From Vibrio alginolyticus NBRC 15630 = ATCC 17749 (lineage in GTDB: Bacteria; Pseudomonadota; Gammaproteobacteria; Enterobacterales; Vibrionaceae), in the NCBI RefSeq assembly GCF_000354175.2, contig NC_022349.1:2790001-2822000 (forward strand): a stretch of DNA of 32,000 nucleotides, written 5' to 3'. Each line of letters begins with the position of its first letter. Position 1 is the stretch's first letter. Shown one piece after another: positions 17,606 through 30,233 of this stretch. The position numbers were made by a program, and so were the translations under genes. Under the pieces are notes generated by a model that was not told the DNA's origin, did not search any database, and saw only the letters and a program-made list of their open reading frames with translations.

Positions 17606-19087
17606 ATGACTAAAGCCATCAGTATGGACGTGCTGCTTTCCCCTTGGGTGGATTGCCCTAGCTTATCGTCCGTTCTTGTTTCTGAATTGGAGCTCGACAG
17701 CCGAAGAGTTCAACCTGGAACCACGTTTGTAGCAGTGATTGGCCATGTTGTGGATGGGCGTAAATTCATTGCCTCTGCAATTGAGCAAGGTGCAAATGCA
17801 GCCCTGGCGCAAGCCTGCGATGTCAAAACACATGGTACGGTGGAAATCATTGATGATGTTCCCGTCATTTACATTGATAGGTTGGACCAACGTTTATCCG
17901 CAATTGCTGGAAAGCTTTATGCTTACCCTGATATGGATTTGATTGGTGTCACCGGCACCAACGGCAAAACCACCATTACCCAGTTAATAGCGCAATGGCT
18001 AGAACTGCTTGACCATAAAGCGGCGGTAATGGGAACAACAGGAAATGGCTTCCTCAATAACTTGCAACAAGCTGCGAATACAACGGGGAATGCCGTTGAA
18101 ATTCAGAAAACGCTTTCCTCTCTCGCAAATCAACAAGCCACATACACCGCGCTAGAAGTATCTTCCCATGGCCTGACGCAAGGTCGTGTCAAAGCACTAT
18201 CATTTGCGGCGGGCGTGTTTACTAACTTAAGTCGTGACCACTTAGATTATCATGGCACGATGGAAGAGTATGCCAATGCAAAGCTTGGGTTGTTCACGCA
18301 ACACCAATGTAAACGTGCCATTATCAATGTTGATGATGAAGTAGGTCATCAATGGGCGTCGCAGTTAAGTAATGCGATCGCTATTTCGCTCAAGCCGAAC
18401 ACTGAATTTGAAAGCGCAATTTGGGCGACGGAAGTTAGTTACGCGGAGTCAGGGATTACTATTAAGTTCGATGGTAAATTTGGCTCAGGTGAATTGCACG
18501 CGCCTTTGATTGGTGAGTTTAATGCAACCAACTTAATGCTCGCTTTTGCGACCTTATTAAGCTTAGGTATAGAGAAACAAGCGTTACTCGAAACCGCAGG
18601 TCAACTGCAACCTGTACTCGGCCGAATGGAGTTATTCCAAACTAAGGATCGTGCCAAAGTCGTGGTCGATTATGCCCACACTCCTGATGCTTTAGAAAAA
18701 GCGCTGCAAGCTTTACGAGTTCATTGTGAAGGCCAGCTGTGGGCTATTTTTGGCTGCGGTGGCGATCGCGATGCAGGTAAGCGCCCAATGATGGCGGAAA
18801 TTGCAGAGCGTCTAGGCGACAGAGTGGTGTTGACTGACGATAACCCACGCAGCGAAGATCCGGTTCAGATTGTGAAAGACATGTTAGCTGGGCTGTCAAA
18901 ACCTGCTGAAGCGATTGTTCAGCATGACCGCTTCAAAGCACTGTCTTATGCCATTGAAAATGCTTCGCCAAACGACATTATCTTGTTAGCAGGGAAGGGC
19001 CATGAAGATTATCAGATTCGTAATGGCGAAACGATTCATTACTCCGACCGCGAGTCCGCAATGCAACTTTTAGGATTGAACTCATGA
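17606..19087 (+). CDS. murE: UDP-N-acetylmuramoyl-L-alanyl-D-glutamate--2,6-diaminopimelate ligase
   Basis: 493 aa. Mur ligase P-loop [10 protein letters not shown] is present. Strong similarity to E. coli MurE is visible ([61 protein letters not shown]). SD GGAGA lies upstream. Confidence 0.95.
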   Translation: MTKAISMDVLLSPWVDCPSLSSVLVSELELDSRRVQPGTTFVAVIGHVVDGRKFIASAIEQGANAALAQACDVKTHGTVEIIDDVPVIYIDRLDQRLSAIAGKLYAYPDMDLIGVTGTNGKTTITQLIAQWLELLDHKAAVMGTTGNGFLNNLQQAANTTGNAVEIQKTLSSLANQQATYTALEVSSHGLTQGRVKALSFAAGVFTNLSRDHLDYHGTMEEYANAKLGLFTQHQCKRAIINVDDEVGHQWASQLSNAIAISLKPNTEFESAIWATEVSYAESGITIKFDGKFGSGELHAPLIGEFNATNLMLAFATLLSLGIEKQALLETAGQLQPVLGRMELFQTKDRAKVVVDYAHTPDALEKALQALRVHCEGQLWAIFGCGGDRDAGKRPMMAEIAERLGDRVVLTDDNPRSEDPVQIVKDMLAGLSKPAEAIVQHDRFKALSYAIENASPNDIILLAGKGHEDYQIRNGETIHYSDRESAMQLLGLNS

Positions 19088-20448
19088 TCAAAGTAACGTT
19101 ATCTCAAATTGCAGACATCACTCGTGGCGAGCGATTCGGCGACGATCTACTTATCGACGCGGTTTCTACTGATACACGAACGATTGATCGTGGGGCTCTA
19201 TTTGTCGCGTTAGTAGGTGAGCGCTTTGATGCGCACAACTTTTGCCAACAAGCGGTAGATGCAGGTGCCGGTGCTTTACTCGTAGAAAAACGCTTAGATG
19301 TGAATGTGCCGCAAATTGTGGTGTCGGATACCAAACTTGCATTGGGTGAGTTTGCTTCTTGGGTGCATCAAGCATGCCAAACACCTACCGTTGCTATCAC
19401 CGGAAGTTGCGGTAAAACGACCGTAAAAGAAATGGTTGCGAGTATCCTGCAATTGAAAGGCAAAGTGTTATTCACGGCGGGTAACTTCAATAATGATATT
19501 GGTGTTCCGTTGACATTATTGCGCTCACAGCAGGATGATGATTATGCCGTGATTGAGCTTGGTGCTAATCATATAGGTGAAATTGCTTACACTACTCAGT
19601 TAGTAAAACCAGATATCGCGTTAGTGAACAATGTAGCCGCCGCTCACCTTGAAGGCTTTGGTTCTATCGATGGCGTGAAACAAGCCAAAGGTGAAATTTA
19701 CCAAGGCCTTTCAGCTGGTGGTATTGCGATTGTTAACCTAGACAGCAATGGTGAAGCCAAGTGGGATGAAGTGTTAGCAGATAAGAAAGTCATTACTTTT
19801 TCACAAAGTAATACTGATGCAGACTTCTTCGCTTCTAATATCGTATTGAACGCCGCAGGTGAAGCAAGCTTTGACTTACATATCGCAGCAAGCTCACAAG
19901 AAATTGAACTGTCTCTGGGTATTATAGGTCAACACAACGTTGCGAATGCGATCGCTGCTTCTATTATTGCGTTACAAATGGGCGCCACATTAGAAGAGGT
20001 TCGTGCTGGCCTTAAACATTTGAACAAAGTGAAAGGTCGCGTCGAGGTTGAAGCGCTGAGCGAAAAGATAAAACTGATTGACGACAGCTACAACGCGAGC
20101 GTGCCAGCCATGAAAGCGGCAGTTGATTTATTGGCCGCTTTCCCAGGTCAACGCTGGCTGATTTTAGGTAATATGGCGGAATTGGGCGAGGAAAGTCTTG
20201 CACTTCATCGTCAAGTCGGGGAACATGCTGCCCCACAAAAATTTGAACATGTTCTCACATATGGTGCAGACGCCAAGGTGATCAGTGATCTTTGCCAAGG
20301 CATTCATTTTGAGACGCACCAAGAGATGATTGAATACATCAAGCAGCATCTAGACCAAGCCGTTCCTGAAAACCATACGATATTGGTGAAAGGAGCGAAC
20401 GGTGCACGTATGTTTGAAGTCGCTGCTGCTTTGAAGGAGTATTATTAA
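19084..20448 (+). CDS. murF: UDP-N-acetylmuramoyl-tripeptide--D-alanyl-D-alanine ligase
   Basis: 454 aa. P-loop ITGSCGKTT is present, as are MurF-type motifs ([28 protein letters not shown]). It has an ATGA overlap with murE. Confidence 0.95.
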   Translation: MIKVTLSQIADITRGERFGDDLLIDAVSTDTRTIDRGALFVALVGERFDAHNFCQQAVDAGAGALLVEKRLDVNVPQIVVSDTKLALGEFASWVHQACQTPTVAITGSCGKTTVKEMVASILQLKGKVLFTAGNFNNDIGVPLTLLRSQQDDDYAVIELGANHIGEIAYTTQLVKPDIALVNNVAAAHLEGFGSIDGVKQAKGEIYQGLSAGGIAIVNLDSNGEAKWDEVLADKKVITFSQSNTDADFFASNIVLNAAGEASFDLHIAASSQEIELSLGIIGQHNVANAIAASIIALQMGATLEEVRAGLKHLNKVKGRVEVEALSEKIKLIDDSYNASVPAMKAAVDLLAAFPGQRWLILGNMAELGEESLALHRQVGEHAAPQKFEHVLTYGADAKVISDLCQGIHFETHQEMIEYIKQHLDQAVPENHTILVKGANGARMFEVAAALKEYY

Positions 20449-21530
20449 TGATTATTTGGCTTGCCGAGCTGCTACAGCCATACCTGTCTTTTTTCCGATT
20501 GTTTGAATACTTGTCTTTTCGAGCAATCCTAAGCGTATTAACCGCTCTAGGTCTGTCATTATGGATGGGACCAATCATGATCAAGCGTTTGCAAATGCTG
20601 CAAATTGGTCAGGTAGTGCGTAACGAAGGTCCGGAATCTCACTTTAGTAAGCGTGGTACCCCAACAATGGGCGGTATCATGATCTTAGCGGCCATCTCAA
20701 TCACGATTTTGCTATGGACAGACTTATCCAATCCTTACGTATGGGCGGTACTGACAGTCTTACTTGGCTACGGTGCGGTCGGATTTGTTGATGATTATCG
20801 TAAAGTGGTACGCAAAAATACCGATGGCTTGATCGCGCGTTGGAAGTACTTCTGGCAGTCGTTGATCGCGTTTGTCGTCGCTTTCGCATTGTATGCTTAC
20901 GGTAAGGACACAGCAGCAACTCAGCTAGTGGTGCCATTCTTTAAAGACATCATGCCGCAGCTTGGTTTGATGTATATCATTCTGACTTACTTTGTCATTG
21001 TAGGTACAAGTAACGCGGTCAACCTGACTGATGGTCTAGACGGTTTGGCAATCATGCCAACGGTTCTTGTTGCAGCAGGCTTCGCGGTTATTGCATGGGC
21101 GACCGGTAACGTTAACTTCTCTGAATACCTTCATATACCATACTTACCACATGCTTCTGAGTTAGTTGTCGTATGTACAGCAATCGTAGGTGCAGGCCTT
21201 GGTTTCTTGTGGTTTAACACGTACCCAGCACAAGTGTTCATGGGCGATGTGGGCTCACTAGCGCTTGGCGGTGCATTGGGCACCATTGCTGTTCTAGTTC
21301 GTCAAGAGTTGGTGTTGGTGATCATGGGTGGCGTATTTGTAATGGAAACGCTATCAGTCATCCTGCAGGTAGGTTCTTACAAATTACGTGGTCAGCGCAT
21401 TTTCCGTATGGCACCAATTCACCACCACTACGAATTGAAAGGTTGGCCAGAACCTCGCGTAATCGTGCGCTTCTGGATTATTTCTATGGTTCTTGTTCTG
21501 ATTGGTCTTGCGACATTGAAAGTGCGTTAA
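20448..21530 (+). CDS. mraY: Phospho-N-acetylmuramoyl-pentapeptide transferase
   Basis: 360 aa, the same length as E. coli MraY and highly similar throughout ([92 protein letters not shown]). Confidence 0.97.
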   Translation: MIIWLAELLQPYLSFFRLFEYLSFRAILSVLTALGLSLWMGPIMIKRLQMLQIGQVVRNEGPESHFSKRGTPTMGGIMILAAISITILLWTDLSNPYVWAVLTVLLGYGAVGFVDDYRKVVRKNTDGLIARWKYFWQSLIAFVVAFALYAYGKDTAATQLVVPFFKDIMPQLGLMYIILTYFVIVGTSNAVNLTDGLDGLAIMPTVLVAAGFAVIAWATGNVNFSEYLHIPYLPHASELVVVCTAIVGAGLGFLWFNTYPAQVFMGDVGSLALGGALGTIAVLVRQELVLVIMGGVFVMETLSVILQVGSYKLRGQRIFRMAPIHHHYELKGWPEPRVIVRFWIISMVLVLIGLATLKVR

Positions 21531-21569
21531 TCGCGCTTTCCAAGAACAAGATTTACAGTGTGATCAAAT

Positions 21570-22883
21570 ATGGAACGTTGGCAAAACATACATAGTGTTG
21601 TCGTCGTAGGGCTCGGTATTACCGGGCTCTCTGTCGTTAAACACCTAAGAAAAAATCAGCCACAACTTGTGGTCAAAGTCATTGATACTCGTGTAAACCC
21701 TCCAGGTGCAGAGCGCTTGCCGGAAAGTGTTCAACTGCATAGTGGTGGTTGGAATACGGACTGGCTTTCTGACGCGGATCTTATCGTGACCAACCCTGGT
21801 ATTGCGCTAGCGACACCAGAGATCCAAGCCGTATTAGCAAAAGGTACGGCAGTAGTAGGTGATATCGAGTTATTCGCTTGGGCGGTGCAGAAACCCGTAA
21901 TTGCGATTACGGGCTCAAACGGTAAGAGCACAGTAACCGACCTCACAGGTGTGATGGCTAAGGCTGCAGGTTTGGATGTTGGCGTTGGTGGTAACATCGG
22001 TGTGCCTGCACTGGATTTGTTAGAACAAGACGCAGACCTATATGTACTCGAACTCTCGAGCTTCCAGTTAGAAACGACGTCAAGCTTAAAGCTCAAAGCC
22101 GCTGCGTTTCTGAATCTTTCTGAAGATCATATGGATCGTTATCAAGGCATGTCTGACTATCGACAAGCCAAGTTGCGTATTTTTAACCATGCTGCTCTTG
22201 CGGTCGTGAACCGTGATGATCAAGAAACCTTCCCAGACGCAGAGATGCCATTGGTGACATTTGGCAGCGACAATCAGGACTTTGGTCTCGAGGTGGATGG
22301 CAACCGTACTTGGCTGCTCGATCACGGTCAACGAGTTGTCGCAAGTGATGAGCTTAAGTTGGTTGGTAAGCACAACTTATCTAACGCTCTGGTTGCTTTA
22401 GCGCTATTAAAAGCTGCGGACGTAAACTATCACAAAGCATTGAATGCACTTAAAAATTACACGGGACTGACACACCGATGCCAGGTGGTTGCGGATAATC
22501 AAGGCGTCAAATGGGTGAATGACTCTAAAGCAACTAATATTGCCAGCACTATGGCTGCGCTATCTGGTTTGGAATCGACAGGCAAGCTCTACTTACTCGT
22601 TGGTGGTGTTGGCAAAGGTGCTGACTTCTCGCCATTAAAACCGATCTTCGCGACGCTTAACTTGCAACTGTGTTGCTTTGGCGCTGATGGCGATGAATTT
22701 ATGCCACTGCATGAATCTGCAATACGTTTCGACACTATGGAAGATGTGATTCAACAAGTATCTTCGCAGTTAAAACCAGGTGATATGGTGATGCTGTCTC
22801 CTGCATGTGCTAGCTTTGATCAATTCGACAACTTTATGGCAAGAGGTGATGCTTTCGCTGCTCTTGCTCAGAAATATGCATAA
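21570..22883 (+). CDS. murD: UDP-N-acetylmuramoylalanine--D-glutamate ligase
   Basis: 437 aa. An N-terminal Rossmann motif GLGITG and the P-loop ITGSNGKST are present. Similarity to E. coli MurD is visible ([37 protein letters not shown]). Confidence 0.95.
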   Translation: MERWQNIHSVVVVGLGITGLSVVKHLRKNQPQLVVKVIDTRVNPPGAERLPESVQLHSGGWNTDWLSDADLIVTNPGIALATPEIQAVLAKGTAVVGDIELFAWAVQKPVIAITGSNGKSTVTDLTGVMAKAAGLDVGVGGNIGVPALDLLEQDADLYVLELSSFQLETTSSLKLKAAAFLNLSEDHMDRYQGMSDYRQAKLRIFNHAALAVVNRDDQETFPDAEMPLVTFGSDNQDFGLEVDGNRTWLLDHGQRVVASDELKLVGKHNLSNALVALALLKAADVNYHKALNALKNYTGLTHRCQVVADNQGVKWVNDSKATNIASTMAALSGLESTGKLYLLVGGVGKGADFSPLKPIFATLNLQLCCFGADGDEFMPLHESAIRFDTMEDVIQQVSSQLKPGDMVMLSPACASFDQFDNFMARGDAFAALAQKYA

Positions 22884-22901
22884 TTAAAGGTTACACACTT
22901 C

Positions 22902-24098
22902 GTGGGTTTAGGTAACGTTAAACGCAGTATTGGCAATTGGCTCAAGCATCCAGCCCCAGAGGCGATGTTTGATCGTCAGTTAGTGTGGATTGCACTGGGT
23001 TTGATGTTGACTGGTTTGGTCATGGTAACCTCTGCATCATTTCCAATCAGCTCTCGATTAACGGAACAGCCGTTCCACTTTATGTTTCGTCATGCGACGT
23101 TTCTCGTGCTGGCGTTAGGGACCTCCGCTGTTATTTTGCAAGTGCCTTTGCAAGAGTGGTTTAAGAAGAGCCATTACTTACTTTGGGCTTCTTTCGCACT
23201 GTTGATCATCGTGCTCTTGGCGGGTAAGTCGGTTAATGGTGCGTCTCGTTGGATTCCCCTTGGGCTGTTTAACCTTCAGCCAGCGGAAGTCGCGAAGCTA
23301 TCGCTGTTTATCTTCATGTCTGGTTACTTAGTTCGAAAGCAAGACGAAGTACGACAAACGTTCTTTGGTGGCTTTATGAAGCCAATCATGGTGTTTGCCT
23401 TCTTTGCAGTATTACTACTTGGTCAGCCAGACTTGGGGACGGTCGTCGTGATGCTGGTCACGCTGTTTGGCATGCTTTTTATCGCAGGTGCAAAACTAAC
23501 CCAGTTTCTCGCCTTGATGGTGGCAGGTATCGGCGCTGTGGTAGGTTTGATTCTCGTCGAGCCATACCGTATGCGACGAGTAACCTCCTTCCTTGACCCG
23601 TGGGAAGATCCATTTGGCAGTGGCTATCAGTTGACTCAGTCTTTGATGGCGTTTGGTCGTGGTGAATGGTTCGGACAAGGTCTCGGTAATTCAATTCAAA
23701 AACTGGAATATCTACCGGAAGCGCACACCGACTTTGTGTTTGCCGTACTTGCTGAAGAGCTTGGTTTCGTAGGCGTAGTGCTGGTCTTAATGCTGATTTT
23801 TAGCTTGGTGCTAAAAGCGGTTTACATCGGCAAGCGTGCATTTGAAGAAGGCGAAATGTTCGGAGGTTATCTGGCTTTCGGAATTGGTATTTGGTTTGCG
23901 TTTCAAACCTTGGTTAATGTTGGAGCTGCCGCCGGTATTGTTCCAACTAAAGGTTTAACACTTCCACTCATCAGTTATGGTGGTTCTAGTCTAATAATTA
24001 TGTCCGTCGCAGTGTCCATACTACTGCGTATCGATTACGAATGCCGCTTGAAACGCGAGCAACAACAATCAGAACAACAAGCTAATGAAACAAAATAA
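22902..24098 (+). CDS. ftsW: Peptidoglycan glycosyltransferase FtsW (SEDS family)
   Basis: 398 aa from GTG 22902; the alternative ATG at 22965 would remove 21 aa. It is a polytopic membrane protein very similar to E. coli FtsW (GASRWI.LG....[65 protein letters not shown]). Confidence 0.92.
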   Translation: MGLGNVKRSIGNWLKHPAPEAMFDRQLVWIALGLMLTGLVMVTSASFPISSRLTEQPFHFMFRHATFLVLALGTSAVILQVPLQEWFKKSHYLLWASFALLIIVLLAGKSVNGASRWIPLGLFNLQPAEVAKLSLFIFMSGYLVRKQDEVRQTFFGGFMKPIMVFAFFAVLLLGQPDLGTVVVMLVTLFGMLFIAGAKLTQFLALMVAGIGAVVGLILVEPYRMRRVTSFLDPWEDPFGSGYQLTQSLMAFGRGEWFGQGLGNSIQKLEYLPEAHTDFVFAVLAEELGFVGVVLVLMLIFSLVLKAVYIGKRAFEEGEMFGGYLAFGIGIWFAFQTLVNVGAAAGIVPTKGLTLPLISYGGSSLIIMSVAVSILLRIDYECRLKREQQQSEQQANETK

Positions 24099-25152
24099 AC
24101 GTTTGATGGTGATGGCTGGTGGTACTGGCGGTCACGTATTCCCAGGTTTGGCGGTAGCAAAACAGCTTCAAGAACAAGGTTGGGAGATCCGTTGGTTAGG
24201 TACGGCGGATCGAATGGAAGCGGATTTGGTGCCAAAACATGGCATTGAAATCGACTTTATCAAAGTGAAAGGGTTACGAGGTCAAGGCGTTAAACGTCTT
24301 CTTGCAGCACCATTTCAAATTATCAATGCCATTATGCAGGCTCGTGCTCACATGAAACGCTGGCAGCCAGACGCAGTGCTTGGTATGGGCGGTTATGTTA
24401 GCGGCCCGGGTGGTATTGCCGCTTGGATGAGTGGTATTCCTGTTGTTCTGCATGAACAAAATGCAGTAGCAGGTTTAACGAACCAATGGTTATCGAAAAT
24501 CGCTAAGAAGGTTTTTCAGGCTTTCCCAGGCGCTTTTCCAAATGCCGAAGTGGTTGGGAACCCAGTTCGTGAGGACGTGACTCAATTAGCAGCGCCAACT
24601 GAGCGCATGCAAGAGCGCCAAGGTCCAATTCGCATTTTGGTGATGGGTGGCAGCCAAGGCGCACGTATTCTTAACCAAACTCTGCCAGAAGTGATGTCGA
24701 AATTGGGCGAAGATTACTGTATTCGTCATCAAGCGGGTAAAGGTTCCGCCGAAGAAGTGAATGCAGCATACCAAGCTAATGGTGTGGTAAATGCAGAAGT
24801 AATGGAATTCATTGATGACGTTGCAGAAGCTTACGCATGGGCTGACCTTTTAGTTTGTCGCTCTGGAGCGTTAACCGTTTCTGAAGTCTCGGCGGCAGGT
24901 GTAGGCGCTATTTTTGTTCCATTCATGCACAAAGACCGCCAGCAAGCACTTAATGCTGACCACTTGGTGGATTGCGGCGCGGCGAAAATGATTGAACAAC
25001 CAGATTTAACCGTTGAGTCTCTGACTCAGCAGATCCAACAATTGGATCGCCAAGCTTTACTTACAATGGCTGAGCAAGCGCGTGGCGCTGCAAAATTGAA
25101 TGCTGACCGAGTTGTCGCACAAGCCATTGTCGCTTTGACCGAAAAGCGTTAA
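24085..25152 (+). CDS. murG: UDP-N-acetylglucosamine--N-acetylmuramyl-(pentapeptide) pyrophosphoryl-undecaprenol GlcNAc transferase
   Basis: 355 aa, the same length as E. coli MurG. The N-terminal motif [21 protein letters not shown] is present. It overlaps the ftsW 3' end by 14 nt. Confidence 0.95.
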   Translation: MKQNKRLMVMAGGTGGHVFPGLAVAKQLQEQGWEIRWLGTADRMEADLVPKHGIEIDFIKVKGLRGQGVKRLLAAPFQIINAIMQARAHMKRWQPDAVLGMGGYVSGPGGIAAWMSGIPVVLHEQNAVAGLTNQWLSKIAKKVFQAFPGAFPNAEVVGNPVREDVTQLAAPTERMQERQGPIRILVMGGSQGARILNQTLPEVMSKLGEDYCIRHQAGKGSAEEVNAAYQANGVVNAEVMEFIDDVAEAYAWADLLVCRSGALTVSEVSAAGVGAIFVPFMHKDRQQALNADHLVDCGAAKMIEQPDLTVESLTQQIQQLDRQALLTMAEQARGAAKLNADRVVAQAIVALTEKR

Positions 25153-25175
25153 CCGAATTATTGAGAATAGAATTG

Positions 25176-26633
25176 ATGACAATCCAACATACACAAGACT
25201 TAGCTCAGATTCGCGCAATGGTGCCAGAGATGCGCCGCGTGAAATCCATCCACTTCATCGGTATTGGTGGTGCGGGCATGAGCGGCATTGCAGAAGTGCT
25301 GTTGAACGAAGGCTACCAAATCACAGGTTCTGATCTATCAGAGAACGCTGTGACAGAGCGTTTGGTATCAAAAGGTGCGACGGTATTTATTGGTCATCAA
25401 GCCAGTAATGTAGAAAAAGCCAGTGTGGTTGTTGTGTCAACGGCGATCAACGAAGAAAACCCAGAAGTGATGGCGGCACGTGAATTACGCATCCCTATTG
25501 TACGCCGCGCAGAGATGTTGGCTGAATTGATGCGATTCCGTCACGGTATTGCCGTTGCGGGTACACACGGTAAAACCACGACGACCGCTCTTGTTACTCA
25601 AATCTATTCTGAAGCCGGTCTTGATCCAACGTTTGTGAATGGCGGTTTGGTGAAAAGCGCAGGTACAAATGCGCGTCTAGGCTCGAGTCGTATTCTAATT
25701 GCAGAGGCAGATGAAAGTGACGCGTCATTCCTGCACTTGCAACCAATGGTGAGCATTGTTACCAATATCGAAGCCGATCATATGGATACCTATGGTGGTG
25801 ACTTTGAAACCTTAAAGCAAACCTTCATCGATTTCCTTCATAATCTACCGTTTTACGGCCAAGCAATTGTTTGCATTGACGATCCTGTGGTTCGAGAGTT
25901 AATCCCACGTATTAGTCGTCAAGTGATAACTTACGGTTTTTCTGAAGATGCCGACGTACGTATTGAAGATTATCGTCAAGAGGGACAGCAAGGCAAATTT
26001 ACGGTAGTACGTAAAGGGCGAGCTAACTTAGATATCACGCTGAATATTCCAGGTCGTCACAATGCATTGAATGCGTCTGCTGCGATTGCGGTTGCTACTG
26101 AAGATGATATTGAAGACGATGCGATCCTAAAGGCAATGGCTGGTACTCAAGGTACGGGAAGACGTTTTGATCACCTTGGCGAGTTTGATACTGGCAACGG
26201 CCATGCAATGCTTGTTGATGATTACGGCCATCATCCAACAGAAGTGGATGTAACCATTAATGCAGCACGCAGTGGGTGGCAAGACAAGCGTTTGGTGATG
26301 ATTTTCCAACCGCACCGTTATAGCCGTACTCGTGATTTATACGATGATTTCGCGAATGTGCTTGAACAGGTGGATGTATTGATCATGCTGGATGTTTACG
26401 CAGCGGGTGAAAAGCCGATTGCAGGTGCTGATGGGCGCGCTTTATGTCGCACAATTCGCAGCCGAGGCAAGGTAGATCCGATTTTTGTTCCAGAAATCGA
26501 GCAATTACCTTCAGTTTTAGCTAACGTTATACAAGACGGCGACCTAATCTTAACGCAAGGTGCGGGTGATATTGGTAAAGTGGCGAAACAGCTGGCAGGT
26601 CTTAAATTGAATATAAACACGATGCTTGGCTGA
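25176..26633 (+). CDS. murC: UDP-N-acetylmuramate--L-alanine ligase
   Basis: The ORF track starts at TTG 25161. The ATG at 25176 gives 485 aa that aligns with the E. coli MurC N-terminus (..VPEMRRV..IHF.GIGGAGM.GIAEVL.NEGYQI.GSD). P-loop [10 protein letters not shown] and [13 protein letters not shown] are present. Confidence 0.95.
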   Translation: MTIQHTQDLAQIRAMVPEMRRVKSIHFIGIGGAGMSGIAEVLLNEGYQITGSDLSENAVTERLVSKGATVFIGHQASNVEKASVVVVSTAINEENPEVMAARELRIPIVRRAEMLAELMRFRHGIAVAGTHGKTTTTALVTQIYSEAGLDPTFVNGGLVKSAGTNARLGSSRILIAEADESDASFLHLQPMVSIVTNIEADHMDTYGGDFETLKQTFIDFLHNLPFYGQAIVCIDDPVVRELIPRISRQVITYGFSEDADVRIEDYRQEGQQGKFTVVRKGRANLDITLNIPGRHNALNASAAIAVATEDDIEDDAILKAMAGTQGTGRRFDHLGEFDTGNGHAMLVDDYGHHPTEVDVTINAARSGWQDKRLVMIFQPHRYSRTRDLYDDFANVLEQVDVLIMLDVYAAGEKPIAGADGRALCRTIRSRGKVDPIFVPEIEQLPSVLANVIQDGDLILTQGAGDIGKVAKQLAGLKLNINTMLG

Positions 26634-26716
26634 CACATATTGTTGATGCGAAGGACAGATAAAGACTCAGATCTCGATTTTGCGTCAATATCATTGTGAT
26701 TTATTGCTATCAGTGT

Positions 26717-26744
26717 TTGATAGTTTACAAGAGCTCAGTATAAT
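26717..26744 (+). promoter_or_regulatory. Candidate strong sigma-70 promoter for ftsQAZ
   Basis: TTGATA (26717-26722), 16-nt spacer, perfect TATAAT (26739-26744). It lies in the 192-nt murC-ftsQ intergenic gap. Confidence 0.45.
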
Positions 26745-26825
26745 CCCAAGGTTAAAGTCAAGACTTTTACCTCTGCGTAATTATATGGGTAAAAAGTACA
26801 CGACAAAAGTCAGGAAACGAAGACG

Positions 26826-27608
26826 TTGTTGAATATTGCACTGAATGACGAGCGACCAAACACGGGTAACAACCGTGGTCGCCAAGAAAAAATCTTGGGT
26901 GCGTTATTTTTCGTTGTGGTTGTGACTTTAATTTGTTCTGTTTTGTACGCGGCGATCAGTTGGATGTGGGATGACCAAAGGTTACCTCTCTCCAAAATAG
27001 TACTTCAGGGGAAACTGGAGTATGTCCAAGCTGACGATGTGCAGGCTGCATTTAGTCGAATTGATCACATCGGTACATTTATGTCCCAGGATATTGATGT
27101 ATTACAGCAAAGTGTCGAAGCTCTGCCATGGGTAGCGCATGCTGCAATCCGAAAGCAGTGGCCGGATACAGTAAAAGTTTTTTTGACGGAGCATCAACCA
27201 GAAGCCATTTGGAATGGCAACGAACTGTTAGATAAAAACGGGTTCGTTTTTGATGGAGATGTTGCTCTGTTGCAAGAAGAAAAAGTGAAGCTGTACGGAC
27301 CCAAAGATAGCGGACCGGAAGTCTTACAGACTTACCGTGATTTGAGTCCTAAGTTTCAGCAATTGGGGTTAGCGATATCGTCTCTGGTATTAAACGAGCG
27401 ACGAGCTTGGCAAATCATCCTTGATAACGGTATTCGATTAGAGCTCGGTAAAGAGTCTCTTCTTGAGCGTATAGAGCGCTTTTTTAAGCTCTATAACAAG
27501 CTTGGCAGTGACACGCAAAGAATCAGTTATATCGATCTTAGGTACGATACAGGAGCCGCAGTTGGTTGGTTTCCTGAACAAGAGTTAGAAGAGAGTACAG
27601 ATGACTAA
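26826..27608 (+). CDS. ftsQ: Cell division protein FtsQ (POTRA domain)
   Basis: 260 aa from TTG 26826, which follows AGGAA at about 26812. No in-frame ATG precedes the TM segment (LGALFFVVVVTLICSVLYAAI). Bitopic topology with a POTRA-like region (LPLSKIVLQG....V..DDV) is present. Position upstream of ftsA is conserved and its 3' end overlaps the ftsA start by 8 nt. Confidence 0.88.
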   Translation: MLNIALNDERPNTGNNRGRQEKILGALFFVVVVTLICSVLYAAISWMWDDQRLPLSKIVLQGKLEYVQADDVQAAFSRIDHIGTFMSQDIDVLQQSVEALPWVAHAAIRKQWPDTVKVFLTEHQPEAIWNGNELLDKNGFVFDGDVALLQEEKVKLYGPKDSGPEVLQTYRDLSPKFQQLGLAISSLVLNERRAWQIILDNGIRLELGKESLLERIERFFKLYNKLGSDTQRISYIDLRYDTGAAVGWFPEQELEESTDD

Positions 27609-28863
27609 GGCCGCTGATGACAACATTATTGTTGGTCTTGATATAGGCACTGCAACCGTATCGGCTCTAGTGGGTGAGGTTTTACCAGACGGTCAAATTA
27701 ATATTATTGGCGCAGGTAGTAGCCCCTCACGCGGCATGGATAAAGGTGGCGTGAATGATTTGGAGTCGGTTGTAAAATCAGTACAACGTGCAATTGATCA
27801 AGCTGAATTAATGGCAGAGTGCCAGATCAGCCGAGTCTTCATTTCGTTGTCTGGTAAGCATATCGCAAGCCGAATTGAAAAAGGTATGGGCACGATTTCT
27901 GATGAAGAGGTGTCTCAAGAAGACATGGATCGCGCTATCCATACCGCAAAATCGATTAAAATCGGTGATGAACAGCGAATTCTTCATGTGATCCCGCAGG
28001 AGTTCACCATTGATTACCAAGAAGGAATCAAAAATCCGCTTGGTTTATCTGGGGTAAGAATGGAAGTGAGTGTCCACCTTATCTCATGCCATAATGACAT
28101 GGCACGCAATATTATTAAGGCGGTAGAACGCTGCGGCCTTAAAGTAGAACAACTCGTATTTTCTGGGCTTGCTGCTAGTAATGCAGTAATCACCGAGGAT
28201 GAAAGAGAGCTTGGAGTTTGTGTGGTTGATATTGGCGCCGGCACGATGGATGTGGCCATCTGGACTGGCGGTGCGTTACGTCACACAGAAGTATTTTCGT
28301 ACGCAGGAAATGCTGTAACCAGTGATATTGCTTTTGCTTTTGGTACGCCAGTGAGCGATGCTGAAGAAATAAAAGTCAAATATGGCTGTGCTTTGAGTGA
28401 ACTGGTCAGTAAGGATGACACGGTTAATGTACCAAGCGTAGGTGGACGACCATCACGTAGCCTGCAACGTCAAACGTTGTCAGAAGTGATTGAGCCACGC
28501 TACTCTGAGCTTATGGGACTGGTTAACCAAACTATCGACTCTGTACAAGCAAAATTGCGCGAAGAGGGTATCAAGCACCATCTGGCTGCGGGAGTTGTAC
28601 TCACCGGCGGTGCTGCGCAAATGGACGGAGTGGTAGAATGTGCGGAACGCGTATTCCGCAATCAAGTAAGGGTCGGCAAACCGCTCGAAGTCAGCGGATT
28701 AACTGACTATGTAAAAGAGCCGTACCATTCTACGGCAGTTGGATTACTTCATTACGCAAGAGACATGCAGTCTAGCGACGATAGCGATTATAATGAACCT
28801 AAACGCTCATCTGTAACTGGCTTTTTCGATAAATTGCGTAACTGGATACAAAAAGAGTTTTAA
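27601..28863 (+). CDS. ftsA: Cell division protein FtsA (actin-like ATPase)
   Basis: 420 aa, the same length as E. coli FtsA. The motifs VGLDIGT..V.ALVGEV and VVDIGAGTMD are present, as is a C-terminal amphipathic membrane-targeting helix (FFDKLRNWIQKEF). Confidence 0.96.
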   Translation: MTKAADDNIIVGLDIGTATVSALVGEVLPDGQINIIGAGSSPSRGMDKGGVNDLESVVKSVQRAIDQAELMAECQISRVFISLSGKHIASRIEKGMGTISDEEVSQEDMDRAIHTAKSIKIGDEQRILHVIPQEFTIDYQEGIKNPLGLSGVRMEVSVHLISCHNDMARNIIKAVERCGLKVEQLVFSGLAASNAVITEDERELGVCVVDIGAGTMDVAIWTGGALRHTEVFSYAGNAVTSDIAFAFGTPVSDAEEIKVKYGCALSELVSKDDTVNVPSVGGRPSRSLQRQTLSEVIEPRYSELMGLVNQTIDSVQAKLREEGIKHHLAAGVVLTGGAAQMDGVVECAERVFRNQVRVGKPLEVSGLTDYVKEPYHSTAVGLLHYARDMQSSDDSDYNEPKRSSVTGFFDKLRNWIQKEF

Positions 28864-28893
28864 CCTGAGTTGCAGGATAAACGGAGACAACAC

Positions 28894-30132
28894 ATGTTTG
28901 AACCGATGATGGAAATGTCTGACGATGCAGTAATCAAGGTCGTTGGGGTTGGTGGCGGCGGTGGTAACGCCGTTGAACACATGGTGCGTGAATCCATCGA
29001 AGGTGTGGAATTCATCAGCGTCAACACTGATGCGCAAGCACTTCGTAAGACAAGCGTTGGCAATGTTATTCAGATCGGTGGTGATATCACTAAAGGTCTG
29101 GGTGCAGGTGCTAATCCACAGGTTGGCCGTGACGCAGCTCTCGAAGACAGAGATCGAATTAAAGATTCCCTGACTGGCGCCGATATGGTGTTTATCGCAG
29201 CTGGTATGGGTGGCGGTACCGGTACTGGTGCAGCGCCTGTTATTGCTGAAGTGGCTAAAGAGCTTGGCATTCTAACAGTAGCGGTAGTAACTAAACCGTT
29301 TAGTTTTGAAGGTAAAAAGCGTTTGGCATTTGCTGAGCAAGGTATCGATGAGCTCTCTAAGCATGTTGACTCTTTGATCACGATTCCAAACGAAAAGCTA
29401 CTTAAAGTACTTGGTCGTGGTGTAACACTACTAGAAGCTTTTGCAAGCGCTAACGATGTTCTTAAGAATGCCGTTCAAGGTATTGCTGAGCTAATTACTC
29501 GCCCTGGCATGATCAACGTCGACTTTGCGGACGTAAGAACTGTAATGTCTGAAATGGGTCACGCAATGATGGGTAGCGGCATCGCCAAAGGTGAAGACCG
29601 TGCTGAAGAAGCGGCTGAAATGGCAATTTCTAGCCCACTTCTGGAAGACATCGATCTAGCGGGCGCTCGTGGTGTTCTTGTCAATATTACTGCTGGTCTG
29701 GATATGCGTCTTGACGAGTTTGAGACGGTTGGTAATACAGTGAAGGCATTCGCTTCTGACAATGCGACTGTTGTTATCGGTACTTCTCTAGACCCTGATA
29801 TGACTGACGAAATCCGCGTAACAGTTGTAGCGACAGGTATTGGTAATGAGAAAAAGCCAGATATCACGCTAGTTGCGGGTGGTAAAGCTAAAGTGGCACC
29901 GACGCCGCAAGCTCAACCACAGCAACAAGCAGCGGCAACGCAAGCTGAAGAAAAACCGGCACAGACCTTGCAAAATAATCAAGTGCAAGAGAAGCCACAG
30001 GTAACTCCTCAGCCGACAAACACTGCTCCTTCTTCTCCAGCTTCGTCGAGCCAAAGTTCTGCGGCTCCAAAGCAAGAAAAGGAAAGTGGTTATTTAGATA
30101 TACCGGCATTTTTGCGTCGTCAGGCTGATTAA
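28894..30132 (+). CDS. ftsZ: Cell division GTPase FtsZ
   Basis: The ORF track starts at TTG 28870. The ATG at 28894 follows SD GGAGA and gives 412 aa starting [30 protein letters not shown], as in E. coli [29 protein letters not shown]. The tubulin signature GGGTGTG is present. A long Q/P/A/S-rich linker follows, then the conserved C-terminal peptide [13 protein letters not shown]. Confidence 0.97.
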   Translation: MFEPMMEMSDDAVIKVVGVGGGGGNAVEHMVRESIEGVEFISVNTDAQALRKTSVGNVIQIGGDITKGLGAGANPQVGRDAALEDRDRIKDSLTGADMVFIAAGMGGGTGTGAAPVIAEVAKELGILTVAVVTKPFSFEGKKRLAFAEQGIDELSKHVDSLITIPNEKLLKVLGRGVTLLEAFASANDVLKNAVQGIAELITRPGMINVDFADVRTVMSEMGHAMMGSGIAKGEDRAEEAAEMAISSPLLEDIDLAGARGVLVNITAGLDMRLDEFETVGNTVKAFASDNATVVIGTSLDPDMTDEIRVTVVATGIGNEKKPDITLVAGGKAKVAPTPQAQPQQQAAATQAEEKPAQTLQNNQVQEKPQVTPQPTNTAPSSPASSSQSSAAPKQEKESGYLDIPAFLRRQAD

Positions 30133-30148
30133 TCTTTAACCCATAAAT

Positions 30149-30176
30149 TTGACATGGCTCAAAATTATGGTAGCAT
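30149..30176 (+). promoter_or_regulatory. Candidate lpxC promoter
   Basis: Perfect -35 TTGACA (30149-30154), 16-nt spacer, TAGCAT (30171-30176). It lies in the ftsZ-lpxC gap. Confidence 0.45.
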
Positions 30177-30233
30177 TCACGGTCGACGTTACAGACGGCC
30201 GTGTTTTGTAGCAAATTTTTGAGAGGCAAGCAG

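Noticed and set aside
29845-30084. A long Q/P/A/S-rich low-complexity segment in FtsZ that makes it about 29 aa longer than E. coli FtsZ.
   Set aside because: This is the intrinsically disordered C-terminal linker, which is known to vary widely in length and composition between species. The flanking GTPase domain and C-terminal peptide are intact, and there is no DNA-level tandem repeat.
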